Source of the DNA: an uncultured Candidatus Saccharibacteria bacterium
GTDB lineage: Bacteria; Patescibacteriota; Saccharimonadia; CAILAD01; BJGX01
Reading direction: 5' to 3'
Length of the DNA stretch: 23,056 nucleotides
NCBI GenBank assembly: GCA_964610335.1
Contig: CAZSVP010000001.1
Location: 1 to 23,056 of the forward strand
The position numbers and the translations under genes were made by a program. Shown here piece after piece: positions 1 to 8,386 of the stretch (position 1 is the first letter of the stretch; every line of letters begins with the position of its first letter). Below the pieces are notes generated by a model, which was not told where the DNA came from, searched no databases, and saw nothing but the letters and a program-made list of their open reading frames with translations.

Positions 1-578
1 CTATGTTCACCTTCAAAATCAATCCAAAAATCCAGATTTATACCGCCATGTTTTTCTATAAGATAATCAACAAATTCCGGTGAGTCATTAAACATCTGTG
101 GCTCACGCAGGTGCGCCATAGGACGAGATTCGCCACCACCTTTCAAATTATGCTCAGCGTTAAGATTTAGTATTTGGTCTTCACTCAATCCAAACTGGGC
201 CAGTACATATTTAGCCTGTTCCAAAGCGAGATCAGCTGTTTCCGTACTACGTTTTCCGCCCTTATGAAAATCAGTATCACTGGCTACAACAAGTATTTTG
301 AGCTTTGACCGTTCCGACTCTGGTGTAGCTTCTATTTGTTGGGCAAAAAAATTTCTGACATCTTCTTTTTGTAGCTCCACTGCCTCTGGTGTAAGACTGC
401 CTACATTCGGGCTATCTTTATCGCGCTCATAGGCTCCGTGTCGTTGTAACACTATCGAAGTATCGCCGGCATCTAGTGGGATTGGTTCTAGATCACCGCG
501 CGTAATTGACTCCGGATATTCTCTTACTTCATCATTTTTTTCATTATGCTGCGGTGCCTCATTTGGGTTACCTGCCAT
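1..578 (-). CDS. Partial CDS (C-terminus lies beyond the window start). Acidic, low-complexity N-terminal extension followed by an 'LQRHGAYERD' RHG motif typical of the histidine phosphatase (phosphoglycerate mutase-like) superfamily.
   Basis: ATG at 578-576 (complement), preceded by AGGAGGTG (complement of 581-588) 5 nt upstream. The ORF stays open to position 1. The RHG motif is seen in my own translation. The family call rests on that motif only. Confidence 0.4.
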   Translation of the reverse strand, partial: MAGNPNEAPQHNEKNDEVREYPESITRGDLEPIPLDAGDTSIVLQRHGAYERDKDSPNVGSLTPEAVELQKEDVRNFFAQQIEATPESERSKLKILVVASDTDFHKGGKRSTETADLALEQAKYVLAQFGLSEDQILNLNAEHNLKGGGESRPMAHLREPQMFNDSPEFVDYLIEKHGGINLDFWIDFEGEH

Positions 579-664
579 TTCACCTCCTGTTTTTTTATAA
601 CCTAATTTTACGTCAAAGGTATAAGTATTACAAAAAAAATCAAACAAACTGTAATAAGCTGATC

Positions 665-2152
665 TCAAACACCTTTACCTAACAGTTTGGCATTTACCCC
701 AATATCTAGAGTTAGGGCAGCCTCAAGTGGTATCTGCTCTGGCAAGGTAATTGCCAAGCTGCCATCGTCTTCACCCAATTTCACACTAGCTTCACTTCCC
801 AAGAGCTTAACATTTTTAACAGAATTGGCTGCCAAGCCTTTGATTGTTAGCATTCTTTTGCCTGGTGGGTCCAACAGAAACATATAAACCCGTCCTGAAT
901 TTTGCACGAAACGTACCTGGCCACCCTCGTCTGTAGTAGTTGATGCGATACTCCATGGTCGAGAGCCTCTAATAGCACCACCATTGATTTTCATCCACTC
1001 AGCCAGTCCCTTTAGCGGCCGTTGTTGTTCCTCGGGGATTACTCCGTTTTCATCGGGCCCAATGCCAATCAACAAATTACCGTTTTTGGACACAACATCC
1101 ACTAGCATGCGCACTAGCTCGGCAGCGGTAACAATATCTTCTGGTCTTTCGTTGCGGTTGGCACCAAATGAATGTCCCACACCGTGGGTTGCTTCCCATT
1201 TCTTTGCTTGTATCTTGTCGAATACTTGATATTCAGGAGTGCGGAAATCAAACCAATGAGCCGCTGGAAAAGTAAGTGATTTGGACTTTTCTGGAATAAA
1301 GCGCCAGGCTAGCTGGGCAAAGCTACCCAACAACCGCATAGTAGCGACTTTTATTAGTCCACGTTTAGCACTAGGCTCTAGCCAGCGGTCATTGATAACT
1401 CCATCAGACACATGGTTGTAGTAGTAGGCAAATAGCTCTGCTAAATTACCTCCAGGTGGCCATGACACATCGTTCCACAGTACCGATGGTTTATAGCGAT
1501 CAATTAATTCTCTTACCTGCGATGTTGCATATTGTCGATATTCGTCAGTTACCGGGGCGGCAAGAGTAACATCGGCTGGTTTTTTCATAACTGCATTATT
1601 GTACGGCCAGTCGTAGCCACCAGAGTAATACAATCCCATATGCATGCCTTCGTCTCGAACTGATTTAGCCATGTCGCCTACCAAATCGCGCTTGGCATGG
1701 TAATTGGCTCCTTTACGTGGATGGGCAACAGCGGTTGGCCAGAGCGCAAAACCCTCATGATGTTTGGTAGTAAGCACCACATAGCCAGCACCGGCATCTT
1801 TGCAAAGCTTAGCAATATTATTCAAGTTTGCTTTGGCGCTGCCTTTATCGAAAATTGGCACAAAATCGTCGTATGCAAAATTCTCGCCATAGGTTTTAAT
1901 ATGGTGGATTTGAGTAGGGCTGCCCTCTATCTGCATGGTATTCATGTACCACTCTGCATAGGGATTGTTTTTGAGCATCCCTTTGGGTCCTTGTGTTTTT
2001 AGAAGTTCTTGTATGTTGGCTACCTGCGGCGCCCAGCCCGGTACTGAGAACAAACCCCAGTGCAAAAAGATACCCAATTTGCAATCGTCGTACCAATCTG
2101 GCAACGGGTGAGTTTTGACAGATTCCCAACTCGATTTATATTGTGTCTGCAT
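665..2152 (-). CDS. GH29 alpha-L-fucosidase with no signal peptide, so predicted cytoplasmic.
   Basis: N-terminus 'LPDWYDDCKLGIFLHWGLFSVPGW' and 'VLTTKHHEGFALWPT' match the GH29 fucosidase signatures (FUCA1-like 'FGIFIHWGVFSVP', 'TKHHEGF'). I place the start at the ATG at 2152 (GGAGGGTG sits 6 nt upstream) rather than the GTG at 2158 used by the ORF track. Confidence 0.85.
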   Translation of the reverse strand: MQTQYKSSWESVKTHPLPDWYDDCKLGIFLHWGLFSVPGWAPQVANIQELLKTQGPKGMLKNNPYAEWYMNTMQIEGSPTQIHHIKTYGENFAYDDFVPIFDKGSAKANLNNIAKLCKDAGAGYVVLTTKHHEGFALWPTAVAHPRKGANYHAKRDLVGDMAKSVRDEGMHMGLYYSGGYDWPYNNAVMKKPADVTLAAPVTDEYRQYATSQVRELIDRYKPSVLWNDVSWPPGGNLAELFAYYYNHVSDGVINDRWLEPSAKRGLIKVATMRLLGSFAQLAWRFIPEKSKSLTFPAAHWFDFRTPEYQVFDKIQAKKWEATHGVGHSFGANRNERPEDIVTAAELVRMLVDVVSKNGNLLIGIGPDENGVIPEEQQRPLKGLAEWMKINGGAIRGSRPWSIASTTTDEGGQVRFVQNSGRVYMFLLDPPGKRMLTIKGLAANSVKNVKLLGSEASVKLGEDDGSLAITLPEQIPLEAALTLDIGVNAKLLGKGV

Positions 2153-2177
2153 TGCCACCCTCCAATTGTTTTACAAA

Positions 2178-4001
2178 CTACTCAAGCACAGCCTTGATAC
2201 GACGTACACCAGCACTGCTAGATTCTTCTTTGGTGATTTTGAACTTACCAATCTCGCCAGTGTGCTCGACATGTGGGCCACCACAGATCTCACGGCTGTA
2301 CCAATCACCCTTCGGGTCACCTACGGTATAAACCTTCACCACATCTGGATATTTTTCACCAAAGGCACCGATCGCTCCACTTTCAAAGGCTTTGTCGACT
2401 GGCAGTTCCTCGAAACTCATTGGCAAGTCACGGCTAATTACATCGTTTACCATATCTTCAACTTGTTTGATCTGCTCAGGAGTCATCTTCTCGTGATGGG
2501 AGAAATCAAAACGCATGCGCTCGGCAGTGATGTTGGATCCGCGCTGGGTTACGTGATCGCCAAGTACATTGCGCAAGGCACGATACATGAGGTGAGTGGC
2601 GGTATGGTAACGAGTAACTATCTCACTGTTGTCAGAAAGTCCACCCTTAAACTGACCGGCAGTAGCAGTGCGGCTACGATCACGCTGTTCTTGGAGCTTT
2701 ATGTCGAACTCTTGCTCAAAGTCAGCACTCACTGGCAAACTCACTCTCTTGGCTTCTTCGAGGCTTAGCTCTTTGGGAAACCCGTAGGTATCGTAGAGTG
2801 TGAAAGCATCAGCACCCGTAAGGTCCTTCTTGTCGCGCAACATTCTCTCAAACTCTTTGAGACCCCTCACTAGAGTCTGGCGAAAGGCTGTTTCTTCGCG
2901 ATCGAGTACATCAAGTATTGAGGTATTGTTATCAGACAATTCAGCAAATGCATCGCCATATAGCTCAATAACTTTGCGGGAAATATGGGTAAACAAGTCT
3001 TGGCGAATACCGAGTATCAGACCTTCACGAATAGCCCGACGAGCAAGCCGGCGCATCACATAGCCTTGGTCTTTGTTGCCTGGCTGTACACCATCGGCGG
3101 CCATAAATGTAACAGTACGAGTATGATCGGTAATGATTCTTGCAGCGCGCAGGGCCGACTCAGGCGAAGTCTCGACAAATACGGCATCGTGACTGTCACG
3201 CGCATACTTCTCTACAGTAGTCAGAATGTCGTGCAACAAATCAGTCTCGTAAACATTGTCGACAGCCTGCATGGCTGCTGCCATGCGCTCTAGTCCCATG
3301 CCAGTATCGACATTCTTGTTTGGCAACTCAGTGTAGCTACCATCCTTCTGGCGCTGATAAGCCATGAACACATTGTTCCAAATCTCCACAAAGTCAGTGC
3401 TCTCGGTATCAAACTTAGGATTTTCATCACTGCCAAGATAATAAAAAATCTCAGTGTCAGGGCCAGCTGGACCGGTTTCTACACCACCCTGCTCCCACCA
3501 ATTATCATCGCGACCAAGTGCGAGAATGCGTTCGCCCTCACGCGCTTCAATGCCAACTTTTTCAAATTGCTCTTGCCACAGTTTGATTGACTCAGTGTCT
3601 TTGGGCACCTCGCCGTCACCCTCGTAGACCGTGACGTATAATTTCTGTGGGTCTATCCCCATCCATTTGGGATCAGTCAAGAATTCCCAGCTCCAAGCAA
3701 TCGACTCTGACTTGAAGTAATCACCAAGGCTCCAATTGCCCAGCATCTCAAAGAATGTCAGGTGGCTATAGTCACCGACCTCTTCAATGTCAGTCGTGCG
3801 CACGCACTTCTGGCTGTCAGCTAGGCGCTTGCCTTGCGGGTGCGGTTGGCCTAGTAGGTATGGCACCAATGGGTGCATACCGGCTGTGGTAAACAGTACT
3901 GTCGGATCATGTTCTGGCACGACAGGTGCACTTGGGATGATAGCGTGGTCCTTGGACTTAAAGAATTCCAAGAATTTAGCACGTATGTCAGCTGTTTTCA
4001 T
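2178..4001 (-). CDS. alaS: Alanine--tRNA ligase, short form. The catalytic, tRNA-recognition and editing domains are present; the C-terminal C-Ala/oligomerisation domain is absent.
   Basis: N-terminus 'MKTADIRAKFLEFFKSKDHAIIPSAPVVP..DPTVLFTTAGM' is the AlaRS class II core. The editing domain shows 'HTATHLM' ... 'CGGPHVEHTGEIGKFKI'. The protein ends 'VRRIKAVLE', where canonical AlaRS continues another ~250 aa. Confidence 0.9.
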   Translation of the reverse strand: MKTADIRAKFLEFFKSKDHAIIPSAPVVPEHDPTVLFTTAGMHPLVPYLLGQPHPQGKRLADSQKCVRTTDIEEVGDYSHLTFFEMLGNWSLGDYFKSESIAWSWEFLTDPKWMGIDPQKLYVTVYEGDGEVPKDTESIKLWQEQFEKVGIEAREGERILALGRDDNWWEQGGVETGPAGPDTEIFYYLGSDENPKFDTESTDFVEIWNNVFMAYQRQKDGSYTELPNKNVDTGMGLERMAAAMQAVDNVYETDLLHDILTTVEKYARDSHDAVFVETSPESALRAARIITDHTRTVTFMAADGVQPGNKDQGYVMRRLARRAIREGLILGIRQDLFTHISRKVIELYGDAFAELSDNNTSILDVLDREETAFRQTLVRGLKEFERMLRDKKDLTGADAFTLYDTYGFPKELSLEEAKRVSLPVSADFEQEFDIKLQEQRDRSRTATAGQFKGGLSDNSEIVTRYHTATHLMYRALRNVLGDHVTQRGSNITAERMRFDFSHHEKMTPEQIKQVEDMVNDVISRDLPMSFEELPVDKAFESGAIGAFGEKYPDVVKVYTVGDPKGDWYSREICGGPHVEHTGEIGKFKITKEESSSAGVRRIKAVLE

Positions 4002-4008
4002 GAGCGCT

Positions 4009-4032
4009 ATTGTAACAAATTTTCAGGTTACA
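4009..4032 (-). promoter_or_regulatory. TACAAT -10 box 7 nt upstream of the alaS ATG, embedded in the 6-10-6 inverted repeat TGTAAC-N10-GTTACA.
   Basis: Complement of 4009-4014 is TACAAT. The IR arms are 4011-4016 (tgtaac) and 4027-4032 (gttaca). There are 7 nt between the -10 and the ATG, and no SD. Confidence 0.4.
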
Positions 4033-4044
4033 GTCGAGCTATCA

Positions 4045-4728
4045 CTAAAGCTTCTGAGCGTTATTAAATGCTTGTAGTAATGCGGCTTTCTGAGTGTTTT
4101 GCATATTGATAGTGGCTTGATTGTTACTACAGTTGGCCTGCGGGGGAGCATAGCCAAGCACAAAACCGCTCAAGGCTTTTTGCTGGGTTGAACCAGCCTC
4201 ACTAGCATTGGCAAACTTACTTATAGCCCCAAGAGGTAGGGTTCCCAAACTGCAGTACTTACCTGCATCACTACTATCTGCTCCCCATGCGCTGCTTTGT
4301 AGGGCTCGCGTCGAGAAGAATGTAGTCTTGTCATTTACAAAATACTGTAAGTCACGTATAGAGTCGGTGAGTGGTATCTTGTATCCCAGTTCCTTAACTT
4401 CTAAGAAATTTGAGTTGCTCACCGCACTGCTGACAGCAGAAGCAGCAGCATTGGTTGCTGCAGCCGCTGCAGCGCTGGCAGCATCTTCGAGTGTCTTCTT
4501 CTTGTTACTAAGATCGTCAATTTGGGCCTGCTGGTCCTTGATCTGCTTGTTAAGCTTTTGCATGCTCATGTAGCCATATATACCAAGGCCAATCAAAGCT
4601 ATAATTGCCACAATAGCCACAATCATCCATACTTTGGCCGCTTGTGATTTCTTGGGCAAATCAATAGTGTCTGGCATGTCTTTCTTATGTAACTCTGGCT
4701 TGGCTGATTTTTTCTTTTCCTCTGGCAT
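4045..4728 (-). CDS. Hypothetical membrane-anchored protein: Lys-rich cytoplasmic N-terminus, one TM helix, a coiled coil, a poly-Ala/Ser linker, and a C-terminal domain with 2 Cys.
   Basis: AGGAGA RBS (complement of 4733-4738) about 5 nt upstream of the start at 4728. TM segment 'VWMIVAIVAIIALIGLGIYGY'. 'AASAAAAAATNAAASAVSSAVS' low-complexity stretch. No recognisable catalytic motif. Confidence 0.6.
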   Translation of the reverse strand: MPEEKKKSAKPELHKKDMPDTIDLPKKSQAAKVWMIVAIVAIIALIGLGIYGYMSMQKLNKQIKDQQAQIDDLSNKKKTLEDAASAAAAAATNAAASAVSSAVSNSNFLEVKELGYKIPLTDSIRDLQYFVNDKTTFFSTRALQSSAWGADSSDAGKYCSLGTLPLGAISKFANASEAGSTQQKALSGFVLGYAPPQANCSNNQATINMQNTQKAALLQAFNNAQKL

Positions 4729-4743
4729 AATATCTCCTAATAT

Positions 4744-5478
4744 TTATGTATTGTATTTTGATTTAAACTCTGCCGAAACTCGTTTGGCTGATTCAATCGC
4801 AACCGTCATACCATCTTGCTTGGCTTTTTGATCAGGCATAGGATTTTGCTCAAAGAACCGATCAACTTGCTTTTGCAAAGTGTTAGCTACATCAGTCATA
4901 CTCTCGGCGCTACCACTAATTGTATTGATGGCCTCAGTAAACCGAGCATTGATATCTTGATACTGTTTGGCATCTATTTTTTCCGCGACCCCTGATTCCA
5001 GCAATCGCCCATCGCGATCTATCCCCTGTGCAGAAAGCTCCATCTGAGTAAGTCCAGTAGTGGTATCGACATAGAGCTGTTCCAATGCTGGATTTTCACC
5101 TCGTCCAACAATTGCGCGAAGTGCAGATACTACAGATTCAAATGATCGTGCTAGTTTAGCAGCTTGCTCACGCAATTCAGAAGCTTGGAGTTTAAGATTC
5201 TGCTCCATCTTCTTAAGCTGCTCTTCGGTCATACGATCTTTTTCGGAATCATCTTGATCTTCTTCAGTTTGTTCTGCAGCACGGTCTTCGGTTTCATTGC
5301 TGGGTTTAGGCGCTTCAACTGTTCCCAGCTGCGATATATCTGGGTGTTCGTAAATAGGATGTACTTCGCTATTCTCAGCTTGTAAATTCTTCAATTGAGC
5401 GGCTAGTTCTTGCTCTCGGCTGAGATTGCCTTCAACTTTCTTGGCTGGATCTGGCGGAAAATCAGATGGATCGGACAT
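4744..5478 (-). CDS. Hypothetical acidic coiled-coil protein (244 aa), soluble.
   Basis: AGGAGGG RBS (complement of 5483-5489) upstream of the ATG at 5478. Glu/Gln/Lys-rich heptad-like sequence 'EEQLKKMEQNLKLQASELREQAAKLARSFESV'. No known domain recognised. Its stop lies 15 nt from the next gene, so it is likely co-transcribed with 4045-4728. Confidence 0.6.
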   Translation of the reverse strand: MSDPSDFPPDPAKKVEGNLSREQELAAQLKNLQAENSEVHPIYEHPDISQLGTVEAPKPSNETEDRAAEQTEEDQDDSEKDRMTEEQLKKMEQNLKLQASELREQAAKLARSFESVVSALRAIVGRGENPALEQLYVDTTTGLTQMELSAQGIDRDGRLLESGVAEKIDAKQYQDINARFTEAINTISGSAESMTDVANTLQKQVDRFFEQNPMPDQKAKQDGMTVAIESAKRVSAEFKSKYNT

Positions 5479-5515
5479 ATACCCTCCTAAGTAATTTGCT
5501 TGTGATTATATCACC

Positions 5516-6589
5516 TTATTTGCAGATAACACCACCACCAACTACAACATTACCATCGTAGAACACGGCCGACTGGCCTGGTGCGATAGCTCGCTCAGGA
5601 GCCTTGAGCACAACTCGCCATGTATCATCTCTAATCAGCTCAATATTGCATGGCATAGTCTTGCTACGATAACGGACCCTTACCTCTAACTTCTGCATTT
5701 TGCCTTCTGTCTTGCTTGTAACCCACCATACACGGTCGGCTATTACGAACTCGGTTCTGTTAAGTAGTGGCGAGTCTTCATCGGATGTAACACGTACAAT
5801 ATTATTCTTGGTATCAACCTCGTAAACAAAGTATGGTTGACCACCACCGATTCCAAGACCATGACGCTGGCCAATAGTATAGCTAAACGCACCGTTGTGT
5901 TCGCCAAGTTTGGTATCAGACTCATCGACTATGTCACCAAGCTTTGGCTCAATAAACTCACTCAAAAAATCACGCATAGGCACATTGCCTACGAAACACA
6001 GGCCTTGGCTATCAGGGCGCTTAGCGGTTGGAAGATCGTATTTCGACGCTAGCTCTCGCACTTCGGATTTGTGTAGATTGCCGATTGGAAATAGAACTTT
6101 TGGGGCAACACTAGGGTTCATGCGATACAAAAAGTAGGTTTGATCTTTGTTGGAATCTTTGGCGACCATAAGTTTGCCATCTTCCATCACAGCGTAGTGA
6201 CCAGTGGCTATGTAATCAGCTCCATCTTCCAAGCATTTTTTGTAGAAAGTATCGAATTTAATCTTCTGGTTGCACATCACGTCTGGGTTTGGCGTAAGAC
6301 CATTCTTGTAACTATCCAGCATGTACTGGGTGACTGACTCAAAGTAATCTTTTTCAAAGTCATATATTCTAAGTGGAATCCGCAAATGTGCTGCTACACT
6401 GCGCGCACTCGCTAGGTCCTCTTGCCATGGACAATGATGACCAGCTATATCACGACTCCAGTTCTTCATATATACCCCAACTACGCTGTAGCCCTGCTCA
6501 AGTAGTAATGCAGCAGCTACAGAGCTGTCTACTCCGCCGCTCAGACCCACAAATACAACTAGATTATTACTTCTTACTTCAGCTTTCAT
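5516..6589 (-). CDS. mnmA: tRNA-specific 2-thiouridylase MnmA.
   Basis: PP-loop 'VVFVGLSGGVDSSVAAALL', catalytic-Cys context, and conserved C-terminal domain. Confidence 0.9.
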   Translation of the reverse strand: MKAEVRSNNLVVFVGLSGGVDSSVAAALLLEQGYSVVGVYMKNWSRDIAGHHCPWQEDLASARSVAAHLRIPLRIYDFEKDYFESVTQYMLDSYKNGLTPNPDVMCNQKIKFDTFYKKCLEDGADYIATGHYAVMEDGKLMVAKDSNKDQTYFLYRMNPSVAPKVLFPIGNLHKSEVRELASKYDLPTAKRPDSQGLCFVGNVPMRDFLSEFIEPKLGDIVDESDTKLGEHNGAFSYTIGQRHGLGIGGGQPYFVYEVDTKNNIVRVTSDEDSPLLNRTEFVIADRVWWVTSKTEGKMQKLEVRVRYRSKTMPCNIELIRDDTWRVVLKAPERAIAPGQSAVFYDGNVVVGGGVICK

Positions 6590-6599
6590 AATTGTGCCT

Positions 6600-7190
6600 T
6601 TATTGGTAATTGCCGGTGAGCTGGATGTAAGCCAATTTGTATAGTTCTGACAGTGTGATAGTTAACGGAAATCCTCTACGCCACCACTGTGATTTGCTCC
6701 AACGATCATCGACGGAGCTTACACCAATTACCTTGATATCATCACCCATGACCTTGCGGAATGTTATGTTTGCCCTACGCTGGTGGTACGGACTAGTTAC
6801 CAGGATGATAGACTTAGCTCCTACCTCATCTAGAGTCTTTTTGACATTGACCGCGTTTTGATAAGTGTTTTGTGAGTCTTCGTCTATCAAAATATTCTTC
6901 GGTGGCACACCATCACCTAGCGCCTGATCACGCATAGCATAGGCATTACTTGGCCCATCATCAAGTGCTGCACCGGAGAATATCAGCAGCGGAGCATAGC
7001 TCTGCATATATAGATCAATTGCTTTGTCAGCCCGCACAGTGGTACGTCCCCCTGATATTGCCACAATTGCGTCAGCTCTCTCAAGTTTGTCCTGAGGACT
7101 TAGTATGTATCCAGTACCCAAGAAGAAGGTTAGAGCCAGCAATACCAGCCCCACAATTATTCCGGCAGACCAGGCCAAGAATTTCTTCAT
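6600..7190 (-). CDS. DUF218 (YdcF/ElyC-like) domain protein with an N-terminal TM anchor.
   Basis: 'IVAISGGRTTVRADKAIDLY' ... 'ILVTSPYHQRRANITF' matches the DUF218 pattern. N-terminal hydrophobic helix 'AWSAGIIVGLVLLALTFFL'. Confidence 0.75.
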   Translation of the reverse strand: MKKFLAWSAGIIVGLVLLALTFFLGTGYILSPQDKLERADAIVAISGGRTTVRADKAIDLYMQSYAPLLIFSGAALDDGPSNAYAMRDQALGDGVPPKNILIDEDSQNTYQNAVNVKKTLDEVGAKSIILVTSPYHQRRANITFRKVMGDDIKVIGVSSVDDRWSKSQWWRRGFPLTITLSELYKLAYIQLTGNYQ

Positions 7191-7197
7191 GCCTACA

Positions 7198-8379
7198 TTA
7201 TACCTGACTACTGTCAGGCAAGTCCTGTTTAGAGCTTAACCGTTTAACCACGCCGGCTAATTCTCGTGCAAAATCTTTCACCTGTGAGATGCTAGTTTGG
7301 CGACCAAAACTTACACGTAAGCTACCTTGTGCTTGTTTCTCAGAATATCCCAAGGCTAACAAAGCCTGGCTAGGCTTGTCACTACTTGCCTCGCAGGCGG
7401 CACCAGTTGATACTTCGTAGCCTGCAGCGTCCAGATAAGCTACCAAGTCCTCACCATTCAGACCATCAAATATTACACTAACTACGTTATGAAGTCGCTT
7501 ACTACTGTGTCCAGTTACCGTAGGCTTCAGCTGAGTTTGGATGCCATCTATCAAGCATTTGTATAAGCTTTCAAACTTAACTTCATCTTGGTGTCGTGAT
7601 TCTTGCACTATTCTTAGTGCCTCAGCCAAACCGGTAACCTGATTAATATCTTCTGTGCCTGCGCGCAAGCCATGCTGTTGACCACCACCAAATATCAGTG
7701 GTTGTAGCTTGGTACCACGCTTGATATATATTGCTCCGACGCTTTTGGGACCATACAGCTTAGCACCACTAATTGTTAGCATATTCACTCCGAGTCGTGA
7801 TACATCACAGCTAAGCAGGAGCGCAGCCGCACTAGCGTCAGAATGAAAAAGTATTTGCTTGTTATACTTCTTCTCGTGTTCTCGAATGATAGCGTTAATC
7901 TTACTTAGTGGCTGGATAGTGCCAATTTCACTATTGGCATAGCTAATAGTGACAAGTATGGTATCTTCCTGTAGACATTTAGAAAATTCATCCAAATCTA
8001 CTAGGCCAGTTTGATCGATTGGGCAGTTTGTGACTGTGAAGCCCTCAGCCTCAAGCTGCTTAAGCGGACCGCGTACCGACGTGTGCTCGGTGGCAATACT
8101 TACTATATGTCCATTTCCTACAGCTCGAGCCGAGCCTAGAATCGCCAGATTATTACTCTCAGTTGCACCGCTCGTGAATACTATCTCGTCGCTATTGGCG
8201 CCCAAAAACATTCCCACTAGTTTGTGAGCCTCAACAAGATTCTCATTGGCTAGCCGGGCAGATTGATACATTGCCGATGGGTTAGCAAAGCTTGCTTGGG
8301 ATTTTGACATAACGTCAGCCACTCGCTCATCAAGCGGGGTAGCGGCGGCATAATCCAAATAAACTCTAGCATTTTTCAT
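7198..8379 (-). CDS. iscS: Cysteine desulfurase (class V aminotransferase, IscS/NifS type).
   Basis: 'YLDYAAATPLDERV' N-terminus, PLP-lysine context 'TISGAKLYGPKSVGAIYIKRG', active-site Cys loop 'VSTGAACEAS'. Two genes downstream is mnmA, its expected sulfur acceptor. Confidence 0.85.
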   Translation of the reverse strand: MKNARVYLDYAAATPLDERVADVMSKSQASFANPSAMYQSARLANENLVEAHKLVGMFLGANSDEIVFTSGATESNNLAILGSARAVGNGHIVSIATEHTSVRGPLKQLEAEGFTVTNCPIDQTGLVDLDEFSKCLQEDTILVTISYANSEIGTIQPLSKINAIIREHEKKYNKQILFHSDASAAALLLSCDVSRLGVNMLTISGAKLYGPKSVGAIYIKRGTKLQPLIFGGGQQHGLRAGTEDINQVTGLAEALRIVQESRHQDEVKFESLYKCLIDGIQTQLKPTVTGHSSKRLHNVVSVIFDGLNGEDLVAYLDAAGYEVSTGAACEASSDKPSQALLALGYSEKQAQGSLRVSFGRQTSISQVKDFARELAGVVKRLSSKQDLPDSSQV

Positions 8380-8386
8380 TTGGTGG

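Noticed and set aside
579-664. Possible intrinsic terminator after the fucosidase gene (T-tract TTTGATTTTTTTTG on the minus strand at ~625-640).
   Set aside because: There is no convincing GC-rich stem immediately upstream of the T-tract, only a weak GATCAGCT self-complement. The region more plausibly just carries a promoter (TTGTAA-17-TAAAAT-like) and the AGGAGGTG SD for the downstream RHG-motif gene. The evidence is too weak to list as a feature.
2178-4001. AlaRS as a pseudogene or assembly truncation.
   Set aside because: The reading frame is intact through all catalytic and editing motifs and ends at a normal stop. The downstream gene's SD and start follow after 19 nt, leaving no room for a displaced C-Ala segment. 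It is interpreted as a genuinely short AlaRS.
4430-4485. GCN-rich tandem trinucleotide repeat (gcagcagcagc...gctgcagccgctgcagcg).
   Set aside because: It is the coding sequence of the poly-Ala/Ser linker of the 4045-4728 membrane protein (the plus strand shows the reverse complement). It is low-complexity coding, not a regulatory repeat, though it could be a slippage-prone site.
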